DNA from: an uncultured Oligoflexus sp.
Lineage (GTDB): Bacteria; Bdellovibrionota_B; Oligoflexia; Oligoflexales; Oligoflexaceae
Length of the DNA: 12,246 nt
Direction of reading: 5' to 3'
Assembly: GCA_964236955.1 (NCBI GenBank)
Contig: CAXSGP010000121.1
Location: 1-12,246, forward strand
The translations under genes were made by a program, and so were the position numbers. Positions within the stretch are counted from its first letter, which is position 1; each line of letters starts with the position of its first letter. Of this stretch, positions 1 to 7,915 are shown one piece after another. The notes below the pieces were generated by a model. That model was not told where the DNA came from. It ran no database searches and worked only from the letters and a program-made list of their open reading frames with translations.

Positions 1-22
1 CTCCCCATTTCCGGACAGACAC
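1..22 (+). repeat. Terminal fragment of an upstream copy of the ~120-bp palindromic MITE-like repeat (cut by the window edge)
   Basis: CCATTTCCGGACAGACAC at 5-22 is identical to 131-148, and 2-22 is the exact reverse complement of 2298-2318. Confidence 0.8.
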
Positions 23-28
23 TGGCTG

Positions 29-148
29 GTGTCAGTCCGGAAATGGCGATGGCTGGGTTTCATCGGCAGAAAAAAATGCTCATTTATGGGGAATAAACTC
101 CGCTTTTTTCTGCCTCGCGCCTTAGCCTGCCCATTTCCGGACAGACAC
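29..148 (+). mobile_element. 120-bp non-coding palindromic element (ERIC/MITE-like), copy A
   Basis: Terminal inverted repeats GTGTCAGTCCGGAAATGG (29-46) and CCATTTCCGGACAGACAC (131-148) differ by 1 mismatch. There is a perfect internal 11-bp IR, GGCAGAAAAAA (65-75) / TTTTTTCTGCC (104-114), and TA follows at 149-150. A close inverted copy lies at 2298-2417. Confidence 0.8.
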
Positions 149-475
149 TAGCTGGTAATGAACGCTGAAGACTTAGGATTTCTGCAGGTTGTCGGAACAA
201 AATCGGAGCCAAACTCGTTCCTGGGCGAAGGACCCGCATTTCGACAGCACGCAAAAAGGGGAGACATGGTCACTTGCCCGTAAGCGCAGCCATCGTCGCC
301 TAGCGACTGGCCTTTACTTAGACTCGAAGCGCCTTTGAATAGTTGCAGTACATTTATCAAAGTACGTGCTATATCGTTACGTTTTGCTTTTGTTGCGGAA
401 CTTAAGTCGATGGACTGGTATGGGAACTAGATACCTGGCGCAAGCTGCTCCAATTTTATAAATGATCAACGAGTC

Positions 476-480
476 GAGGT
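476..480 (+). promoter_or_regulatory. Shine-Dalgarno site of the FAD oxidase gene
   Basis: GAGGT 5 nt upstream of ATG 486. Confidence 0.7.
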
Positions 481-485
481 AAGCT

Positions 486-2168
486 ATGAAACTTGCAGTG
501 GGTGTCCTGCTCTTATTCCTTCAGGTTTTGATTTCTCAATCGTGCAGTAGCAAAAATGCCACAGCCGAAAGTGACCTGAAGCTTGCGGCTGACTGTAACC
601 TGCTCCAACGTTTTAGTGCATTGGTGCTGAGCTGCGGTAACAATCGCTGTGAAAAGATTATTGGCGAAAATGAGCAAAGCTGTCCGCAGGACTGTCTCGA
701 CCCCAGGCAGCATGTTGTGTCTTACTATGCGCAGTCGCATGTCTGCCCTTCGGCCACCCAAGTCCATGAACCCAAAACCCAAGACGAACTCAGCACCGCT
801 GTAAAAGAAATCCGCATGCAAAACAAAACCATCAAACTTATCGGTACTCGCCATACAAGCACCGACATAAAATGCCCATCTAATGGTGGCGAAGTGATCG
901 ATATGTCAGCATTTGACAAAATTATAGGTATTGAAGACTATAAAGGCAAAAAGACAATTCATGCCGAGGGTAACATTCAATTTTGGGAGCTCGTGAGCTA
1001 CCTGGATGAAAAAGGTTTCGCTTTGGATCGCCGCTTTCCTGGATTCGGGCGCATAAGTCTTGCCGGCTTTATTGCTACCGGAGCCCATGGAAGTGACACA
1101 AAAAACTCGTCTTCGATTGCCTCGTCAATCGTCAGTCTGGAAGTCATGGATTCGAACGGCATCAGTAAAGTATATGATCAGTTCAACTCGACAGAAGACG
1201 AGTGGAAAGCTCTGCGAGCCAATCTCGGAGTGCTTGGAATCGTCACGCGGGTTCGACTGGAGATCCGACCGCGATACAATATTGAAATGGAAATTCGTGA
1301 GTTTGATGCCAGTATCCTGGACAAGCCTGAACGATTTTTGGACGAAGCGAATAAGTGCGACTTCTTGTTTGCGCATTATATGCGGGGCGTAAAGAAGGTC
1401 TATTTTTCCTGTGGTCATGAGACCCAGGAGCCAGAAACGAAGCCAGGCCTCTCAAACGCTCTCTTTTTGCCACCAACTGCTACCGCCTTTAATAAAATCG
1501 CCGTGGCTGCATTTCAGCAGGCGGCTTGTGACGATAAAGCGGCCCGTTTGATTGAGTTTACAATCGACCACCAGCGTAACAAGTATCCCTGGCTAACGTG
1601 GAAAGATGCGAGCGGAAAGACTCATAACGAGCGCAAGGGAATAGGTTCCTGGCATCGAATGATGGAAGCGGTTTTTGATTCCTCAACGCAACCGAAGTTT
1701 TCACAGATCGATTGGGAAGTTGCGGTGCCCGCGCGAAACTTTGCATCGGCCCTTAAGGAGATGCGAGAATTTATGGACAAGAATAATGTTATTATTCCGA
1801 CGATAGGCGTTATTATTCGCTTCGACCGTGCTCAGGAGGATTCACTTTTGTCTCCCTCTTCTGCTGACGACAGCCTGCGGCCGGGTGAGCAACTTGTGCA
1901 TTTTGAGATGCCGGTCTACTCTCCTTTTGGTTTTCGCGACAGTGATCTCGAGAAATTGCGCAAACCCTATCGTGATTTTTTTCTTAAGTTAGAGGAGAAG
2001 TATGAGGCACGACCCCACTTCGGTAAGAATGATAATGGTCTTTTTCTTAATGATATTACAAAAAATAGATTAAAGGGCAGCCTTGAGCACTTCAACGCAG
2101 CAAAGAAAATTCTGGAGCCAAACGGTGGGTTCGACAATGACTTCTTAAAATCGGTAGGGGTGAAATAG
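486..2168 (+). CDS. Secreted/lipoprotein FAD-linked oxidase, aldonolactone oxidase (ALO / L-gulonolactone oxidase) family
   Basis: 560 aa with a hydrophobic signal peptide ending in SQSC. It has GTRHTS (His at the covalent-FAD position of the GxxHS motif), SLAGFIATGAHGS, ANLGVLGIVTRVRL and C-terminal RPHFGKN (family RPHWGK). Confidence 0.9.
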   Translation: MKLAVGVLLLFLQVLISQSCSSKNATAESDLKLAADCNLLQRFSALVLSCGNNRCEKIIGENEQSCPQDCLDPRQHVVSYYAQSHVCPSATQVHEPKTQDELSTAVKEIRMQNKTIKLIGTRHTSTDIKCPSNGGEVIDMSAFDKIIGIEDYKGKKTIHAEGNIQFWELVSYLDEKGFALDRRFPGFGRISLAGFIATGAHGSDTKNSSSIASSIVSLEVMDSNGISKVYDQFNSTEDEWKALRANLGVLGIVTRVRLEIRPRYNIEMEIREFDASILDKPERFLDEANKCDFLFAHYMRGVKKVYFSCGHETQEPETKPGLSNALFLPPTATAFNKIAVAAFQQAACDDKAARLIEFTIDHQRNKYPWLTWKDASGKTHNERKGIGSWHRMMEAVFDSSTQPKFSQIDWEVAVPARNFASALKEMREFMDKNNVIIPTIGVIIRFDRAQEDSLLSPSSADDSLRPGEQLVHFEMPVYSPFGFRDSDLEKLRKPYRDFFLKLEEKYEARPHFGKNDNGLFLNDITKNRLKGSLEHFNAAKKILEPNGGFDNDFLKSVGVK

Positions 2169-2297
2169 ACGTTTAAATGCCCTTGGGGACCTCTTTTAAG
2201 CGCTTCTTTCCGATCGCTGGCTTCGCCCATGATCCTGGAAAGCACCTGGCTCAAACAAGCCGTAATACCCTTCGATTATTTCAATGGTGCATAACTA

Positions 2298-2417
2298 GTG
2301 TCTGTCCGGAAATGGGGATAGGAAGGCGCGAGGCAGAAAAAAAGCGGAGTTTATTCCCATAAATGAGCATTTTTTTCTGCCGATGAAACGCAGCCATCGC
2401 CTTTTCCGGACTGACAC
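2298..2417 (-). mobile_element. 120-bp non-coding palindromic element (ERIC/MITE-like), copy B, inverted relative to copy A
   Basis: TA|GTGTCTGTCCGGAAA...TTTCCGGACTGACAC|TA, with TA at 2296-2297 and 2418-2419. By manual alignment its reverse complement differs from 29-148 by about 7 substitutions and 2 single-base indels. It lies between convergent genes. Confidence 0.85.
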
Positions 2418-2420
2418 TAA

Positions 2421-3575
2421 CTAGTCCTTGAGTCGTTCGCCTTTTAAAGCCTGTTGCAGGGCCTTGGCATCCAGTTTATAGCGCTGGGTTGCCGTGTCGA
2501 GGACCATTGGCGCATCAGCGAAAAGATAGAGTATCCGATAGCTCGTTTCCTCAAAATTACTGGGCCAAAAGCCACTAATCTCTTGACTGAGAGTAGGTAA
2601 CACGGCTGTAAGTTCATCGCTGGCAAAACCAGAGGGCAGTGCAGTGCCCGTAGCCTGGTAGGAAAAGACCTCACGGGCTTGCGGTAGGGTCTTGCCTTGA
2701 AAGCGTCGCAGCTCTATTCGAGCTTCATTGTAGGCTCCGTAAACGCCAGCGATCGTATCAAAGGTCGTAAACCGATAGTTCAACGTGGAGTCTGGACCGG
2801 TCTTCTCGAAATAGAAATCATCGTCGATAAAAACGGCTACATGCTGGAGTGAGGGCGAGGACGCGCCGAAGGAATTGCCATAGACGAGCAGGATATCAAA
2901 GGGCTTAAGTCCTTCGTTACGGTCCTTGCCTGCATCCTGCCAGCTGGGATTCAAAGGCATCACTTTGAGTTTTCTACTGTAGCTATCGTCAGTGAAAAAT
3001 CCCTGCGCCGCACCGCCGTTTACGTAAAACAAACTCGTCTTTTTGCTATCGCCACGAAGAATCTCATAGGCAGTATTCCAGCAGTTGCTCAGCGTCGAGT
3101 AAGTATAGAATTTCTTCTCCCTGGTTGCATCGTAATAAGGTATGTCGGATATTACCCGTTCCGAGGCAAATCGAAAGCCATCCATCGCCTGGATCTGCGG
3201 AGGCATGAAATCCACGAGTTCATAATTTCGTGTGGACGAGTAGCTGAGCTGCGTATTGTCAAAGTAGGTGCTTTTCAATTGAGCAAATTGAGCTTCCGAA
3301 ATCCGTCCAAAACTGACCTTCATATACGATTTCAAAAGGTCGCTGGGATCAAAGAATTCATCCCGCTGCTCTTGTTCCGAAAAAGCCGGCATGGAGCGCG
3401 TGACGGTGTGGGGTATGTCCCGAGCACGACTTAATTTGAAATCGAGCCCGACGGGACCTTCCTCCCCCTTTGGTATCGGGCTAAACTCTTTGACAGAGCT
3501 CAGAGCTTGCACCGATCGACAGGCGAGAGAATTAAGCATAAACACCGTCCAAACCAGAATTTTCGTCGTCTTCAT
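2421..3575 (-). CDS. Predicted lipoprotein with an NlpC/P60 (papain-like) Cys-His hydrolase domain
   Basis: 384 aa; GGAG RBS (3581-3584, minus strand); N-terminus MKTTKILVWTVFMLNSLAC has a lipobox-like SLAC. SNCW (Cys codon 3081-3083) is followed by LKPFDILLVY and QHVAVFIDDDFYFEK (His codon 2841-2843), matching the NlpC/P60 pattern DC..PGD(L/I)..HV(G/A)(I/V)(Y/F). Confidence 0.75.
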   Translation of the reverse strand: MKTTKILVWTVFMLNSLACRSVQALSSVKEFSPIPKGEEGPVGLDFKLSRARDIPHTVTRSMPAFSEQEQRDEFFDPSDLLKSYMKVSFGRISEAQFAQLKSTYFDNTQLSYSSTRNYELVDFMPPQIQAMDGFRFASERVISDIPYYDATREKKFYTYSTLSNCWNTAYEILRGDSKKTSLFYVNGGAAQGFFTDDSYSRKLKVMPLNPSWQDAGKDRNEGLKPFDILLVYGNSFGASSPSLQHVAVFIDDDFYFEKTGPDSTLNYRFTTFDTIAGVYGAYNEARIELRRFQGKTLPQAREVFSYQATGTALPSGFASDELTAVLPTLSQEISGFWPSNFEETSYRILYLFADAPMVLDTATQRYKLDAKALQQALKGERLKD

Positions 3576-3888
3576 CGTGTCTCCGGGTCAAGGAAAGATC
3601 ATCGAAAGGAAATGAGCCAGGGTAACGGCGATTATAGGCTGAATGGGAGAGAAGGGAAAGCGAAGCGAAGGTTGGGATGGCATCCTCAACAACATCCTTT
3701 GACGAATTTCATGAAAAATTGTAACGAAGTTAATAGGCTTCCTCTGTAAGACCGTTTGCAAGGCCTTCTTACAACCCATCCTCCACCATCGATATTTCCG
3801 ACGGAAGTTCTGGAAGGCCTTCTCTTAAAAAGCTTGAAAAATCGAGCCTTCCATTCAGGCAGGCTCACAGGATGCTAATCTTTATTTG

Positions 3889-4338
3889 TTAAAAGTTACC
3901 GGCACCCAATGAGTCCAAAGACTCTATGGAACACTGGGGGATTGATTCCTGGCCGACAACATCACTGCAGGCAATAAGCGCCGGCGCTACGACTCTGACG
4001 ATTCCACTGTCAAGCAATGTGCTTCCCTTTACAGAATCGATTGCATCAAAAAATACGTCAGCCTCCTGGCCTTTTACCACCCCGATCTCCGTATCGCACT
4101 CAGCATGAGATTTCGCGTAAATCGACCGGCTGCAGCCATAAATTCTAAATTCATAGGAGACCACACCGAGACTATTGTCTGCCGTAACGTTCAGACCCCA
4201 GTTTTGGGTGAGCTCGAACAGTGTCAGAGACGAATCGCTGGGAAGTTCCCGAACGGCGGCCATCGACAGACCTGAAGCCCCGATAAGGCCAAAAATAAAC
4301 GTGTTCAGTCTTCTGGAAAAAATAAATGTATTCGCCAT
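3889..4338 (-). CDS. Hypothetical secreted protein (~149 aa, 4 Cys)
   Basis: Start re-assigned from 4557 to ATG 4338, which has GGAG 6 nt upstream (4345-4348) and removes the overlap with the SRPBCC ORF. The signal-peptide-like N-terminus is MANTFIFSRRLNTFIFGLIGASGLSMA. No family recognised. Confidence 0.6.
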   Translation of the reverse strand: MANTFIFSRRLNTFIFGLIGASGLSMAAVRELPSDSSLTLFELTQNWGLNVTADNSLGVVSYEFRIYGCSRSIYAKSHAECDTEIGVVKGQEADVFFDAIDSVKGSTLLDSGIVRVVAPALIACSDVVGQESIPQCSIESLDSLGAGNF

Positions 4339-4505
4339 TGACGACTCCGGAATGAAGGGTTTCGCTAGCCACACGAGACAACCCTTCCGTTCTCCTTTTT
4401 TGAAGCTGTCGCAGTCAATGATTTTCCACTCAGTAGCAGCCCGATCATTGGAGTAACATATTGAAAACATTAGGACTATTGCTATAAAAGCTGGCATAAC
4501 GCGAT

Positions 4506-4811
4506 TTATGCGAAGCCGACGATGGTGTTGCCTATACGTGGAAGTATAGTTTTCCATCCACCACTCATTGTAGTGTGGGCCAAATCGTTCGTAGGTGACA
4601 CAAAACCAAAATGGACAAGCTTCAAGCGAGTACCGTCCGTACCTTTAGAAAGCGTGAACGTAACAACAGTGCTCAAAGGCGAACCGTATCCAACATTGCT
4701 TTCAACGCCACTCTTCCAAGAATAGCTCAACCGTTCATTCAAGACGACCTCAAGTACCTCGCAATGAATAAGGCCATCCCAAGCGCCTTCCGCTCGCGTC
4801 TGAAACGTAAA
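4506..4811 (-). pseudogene. N-terminally truncated SRPBCC (AHSA1/START-like) domain gene remnant
   Basis: FTFQT..GAWDGLIHCEVLEVV.NERLSYSWKSG...VGYGSPLSTVVTFTL....GTRLKLVHFGF...MSGGWK is typical of bacterial SRPBCC proteins. The usual N-terminal ~45 aa (VWxALT..LIxxWLM) is not visible in any frame upstream, an in-frame TAG lies just upstream of the weak TTG start, and no clear RBS is present. Confidence 0.7.
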
Positions 4812-5175
4812 GGCGGCTTCCGTAAGACTCAAACATTCGCCAATACTTTCCTCAGCCTATCCAAACGCTGTTGTCATGGACTTGGAAAGGTCAGTCCCGG
4901 TCCCTTTGACGAAATCCACCTACCCTCGACGGCTCGCGTGTTCCCTTGTAATTATTTGCGAAAAACGTTCTCAATCCATTTGGAAAAAACCTCCAGACTT
5001 AACACGCAATTACAGTTGACTGGCCGACAATCCAATACAATTTCATGCACTTGCCGACCAACGAGACTTGAGTTTTTTAATTTTCTGACGATACAATAGG
5101 AGTAGAAAGTTTTGAGTGACCGGCATGGTGTCGGCAACCCATGAAGCTTTTAGAATCGTTTAGAGGAAATACGTC

Positions 5176-5301
5176 ATGAAAATTTTCGATCTTCATAAGC
5201 ATTTGGAAGTCATTGGTCAGGCTCTGGTCGCCATTCTTTTCATTGGCATGGGATTGTCGGCGGTATCGGTCGCTGTCGGTTATACCCTATTTGGGATCTA
5301 A
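5176..5301 (+). CDS. 41-aa single-transmembrane small protein (not in the ORF track)
   Basis: GAGGA RBS at 5163-5167, ATG 5176, TAA 5299-5301. Translation: MKIFDLHKHLEVIGQALVAILFIGMGLSAVSVAVGYTLFGI. Confidence 0.65.
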   Translation: MKIFDLHKHLEVIGQALVAILFIGMGLSAVSVAVGYTLFGI

Positions 5302-5682
5302 AAAGAGATCGCATCTTTTTCAGTCAAAGATTTTACTTCGTAACTGTTCTCAGGAATTGTCCCCGGCTTTTAAAGCGCTTAATGCGCCAGGCACCGATCA
5401 CACAAAACTCTGCTGCCCTTAGCCTGACCCAAGACTGCCAACTTTTTCATTCTCACCAGTCCTCATACTTAGGATTTGGTAACGCCCGTGGAAATTCTAC
5501 GTTTAGGAGAATTTCCTCTCCGGATGTCGATTCTGGACGTCGACCGTTCAACTCTCTCGTCCCTATTCAATTGCCGCTGAAAAGCGATTTCACCACCATT
5601 CAACCCTGGTGTACTTCCCCTATTGGCCAGTGGCCTCGTTCATCTCATCTAGAGACTTTACCGCCACTGCCAATAATTCGTT

Positions 5683-6651
5683 TCAGAAACCACAGACAAT
5701 AGTAAAGTTAAGGTAAATGTACAAAAGTACGCCTCCATAGGACCCGATCGCCAAGAGCGCAGCGGCAGCTTCATTACGTTTGCGGCCTTTGGCATTTGGT
5801 TCCCGGAGATAAAGCCAAAAGGCAAGCCCAAGTATCAATGCGAGCCCGGCAAAGGCAATTCCGTAGGGCAAAACTTTGCCCCGAACCGGCAAACTTAGGA
5901 TCAGAAAATACTTGCAGAGCAGCTCAAGACATCCCATTGCCCAGGCGATCAGACTCGAACGTTTTCGCCCAAGTAGACCCGAATAGGTCTCCACCCCCGT
6001 TTGCTCTTCTTCAATCCCCTTCGTCTTGCGCGTGAGCTCAAAGCATAAGCCCCCGAAGAAAGAGAGGGCCGCGAGCCATAAAAGAGTCATTGAAAGTTCA
6101 AAATCTGGAATCGCGCTCATCACGAACCAAAGTATTACCAGCGGCATAACCAGCATATGGCTAACCGCATAGAGGACAAGACGCTGATTCAGCCACTCCG
6201 GAACAAAAAACTCTTTGGTCATGAGTGAGACCCAGACAATGACGATGAGAAATCCGGCTCCTGCAGGGCCAAAGCCCCGGTCAGCATAAAGACAGAATGC
6301 GCCGATGCAAGCAAAACAAACGACCGCAAGAATCTTGAGATGACGAAGAGTGATCAGGCCGCGCTGCAGAACACGCTGCGGATGATTGATACTATCCTTT
6401 GCATAGTCCTTGTGCTCGTCGAGGATACGGAGCAGGAGAAAGAAGGCGATGGAAGCCAGACAGCCCAGTAACTCTCGCGACCCTATATGAATCGTGCCAA
6501 TGTTCGGCCCAGCGACAGAGGCCTGTCCAAGGAGACTACAGCAAAGATAGATGATGGCAAAAGCGATCCATTTGGGAGGCTCGAAGCGCTCCATGATCCA
6601 GGACCAGAGGCGTCTCGGAAACGGACTATCCATGTTAAGACTTCGACTCAT
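5683..6651 (-). CDS. UbiA-superfamily membrane (prenyl)transferase-like protein, atypical
   Basis: Multiple TM segments. Motif I is RILDEHKDYAKDSINHPQRVLQRG (DxxxDxxxDxxN.P.R...G, ~6373-6429). The motif II region is ELTRKTKGIEEEQTGVETYS. The start is probably ATG 6651 (or 6654) after AGGT rather than TTG 6687. Confidence 0.8.
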   Translation of the reverse strand: MSRSLNMDSPFPRRLWSWIMERFEPPKWIAFAIIYLCCSLLGQASVAGPNIGTIHIGSRELLGCLASIAFFLLLRILDEHKDYAKDSINHPQRVLQRGLITLRHLKILAVVCFACIGAFCLYADRGFGPAGAGFLIVIVWVSLMTKEFFVPEWLNQRLVLYAVSHMLVMPLVILWFVMSAIPDFELSMTLLWLAALSFFGGLCFELTRKTKGIEEEQTGVETYSGLLGRKRSSLIAWAMGCLELLCKYFLILSLPVRGKVLPYGIAFAGLALILGLAFWLYLREPNAKGRKRNEAAAALLAIGSYGGVLLYIYLNFTIVCGF

Positions 6652-6867
6652 CATTATACCTACTAGCGTATGGTTAGGGGGGTGCAAAAAATGGATCTTA
6701 ACTGCTCATCCGCTAAAAGAGAAGGCGACAGATCTGCCTTTTATTTCTTTTTTTGGAATTTTAGGCTAAACCTGTGCCCGGCTGGTCCAACGCTTGCAAT
6801 GATGCCTGAGCCAAGGGTTTGACCCTGCTTCGGATTGCAAAATGTCGCGCTATCTAAGGAATTATAC

Positions 6868-7908
6868 ATGCCTCTTTCTTTAACTATGCAAACTCGTGAT
6901 TCAGTGACTGAAGACTTTATCCTGGATTTCATAGCTTGCGAGACCCAGTTAAGGAAGCCGCCCTTTGATCCCTCCACCAAGCGGGACAACTATGTACGCA
7001 ATCTGATGACATCGGATGCCGAGTCGGCATTTTTTCTTTTAAAGAGTGAATCGACCTTGCTGGGCCGGCTTGCCGTTTTCAAATCGGCAACCTATCCAAA
7101 GGATGCCGCGGTTGGACTCTTCGAAATCGACCTTGATCATGATTTTACCAGCCATGCCGCTGTACTCCTCAATGCGGCAGCCGAATGGGCGAAGACCAAT
7201 GGCGCCATACGCCTGCTGGGCCCAATGGATAAAAATACCTGGTATCAATATCGATTTCGAGTCGATCCCGAAGTCAGTCATCAGAGTTGGGAACCGGCGC
7301 AGCCGCTGGAATATGCCGCTTGCTGGCGGGCCTTCGGCTTTCAAACCCTTGAGCGTTACAAGTCCTTTTTCTTTCGGAATTATCCTCTCCTTGCCATGCG
7401 TCTTGCGGTTGGCTTGTTTTTCTATCCCGCTTACCGGCGCGCGACAAGAACGGGCTTTTCGTTTGGGCCTTTCTCGCGCAGCTGGAGTGAAAATCTTCCT
7501 GACATCTATGCGATCGGCATCGATTCTTTCGCTGCTAATTTTCACTTCGAAAAGATATCGCGTGCGGACTTCGATCAACTGTATCTGGGAATGCCTGTGG
7601 ATACCTCCTTATCAGTATTCCTCATCGATCCCAACGGAAAGCCGGCGGGATTCTTTCTCTCATACCTTTCCAATGGTTATCAGGTCGGCAAGACGCTAGG
7701 CTTAAGGCCTGACCTGCAAGGTCTCGGGCTAGGCAAGGCGCTCCTTTATGCGTCGATGACCAAAGCGATTGAACGGCGCTGCAACAGTTGCGTGGGGGCT
7801 TTGGTCAAAGTTGGGAATCGCACGGAGGCGATTGCGCGGAAGCTCCAGAGGTTTGGACTTTTAAGCGAAGTCCATAACTATGAGTTGTTTTCCTACACCA
7901 TAGAATAG
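6868..7908 (+). CDS. GNAT-family N-acyltransferase (probably tandem GNAT domains)
   Basis: AAGGA RBS (6856-6860) before ATG 6868; 346 aa. The N-half has VGLFEI..AVLLNAAAEWAKTNGAIRLLGPM and the C-half has KTLGLRPDLQGLGLGKALL (Q/RxxGxG acyl-CoA-binding motif, ~7717-7734). Confidence 0.85.
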   Translation: MPLSLTMQTRDSVTEDFILDFIACETQLRKPPFDPSTKRDNYVRNLMTSDAESAFFLLKSESTLLGRLAVFKSATYPKDAAVGLFEIDLDHDFTSHAAVLLNAAAEWAKTNGAIRLLGPMDKNTWYQYRFRVDPEVSHQSWEPAQPLEYAACWRAFGFQTLERYKSFFFRNYPLLAMRLAVGLFFYPAYRRATRTGFSFGPFSRSWSENLPDIYAIGIDSFAANFHFEKISRADFDQLYLGMPVDTSLSVFLIDPNGKPAGFFLSYLSNGYQVGKTLGLRPDLQGLGLGKALLYASMTKAIERRCNSCVGALVKVGNRTEAIARKLQRFGLLSEVHNYELFSYTIE

Positions 7909-7915
7909 CCAGCCC

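Noticed and set aside
1..156. CRISPR array interpretation of the repeated CCATTTCCGGACAGACAC
   Set aside because: The intervening sequence is conserved in the other copy rather than being a unique spacer, the period is 126 bp, and no cas genes are present.
183..253. Imperfect inverted repeat (TGCAGGTTGTCGGAA / TTTCGACAGCACGCA) as a possible riboswitch or ncRNA upstream of the oxidase
   Set aside because: Only 11/15 matches and no riboswitch consensus that I recognise. An Rfam/Infernal search would be needed.
148..360. 70-aa minus-strand ORF
   Set aside because: TTG start, no recognisable motif, and it ends at the repeat boundary; probably spurious.
2177..2362. 61-aa plus-strand ORF after the oxidase
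   Set aside because: It runs into the repeat element and has no protein-like features.
3671..3823. Short palindromes (GTTGGGATGGCATCCTCAAC; AAGGCCTTCT twice) in the intergenic region
   Set aside because: Too short to distinguish from chance, and there is no U-tract for a terminator.
4339..4557. N-terminal extension of the 222-aa ORF
   Set aside because: It overlaps the SRPBCC remnant; ATG 4338 has a better RBS and gives a signal peptide.
5213..5702. Track ORFs 5213-5422 and 5382-5702
   Set aside because: No convincing RBS or motifs and atypical composition. The first overlaps the better-supported 41-aa ORF.
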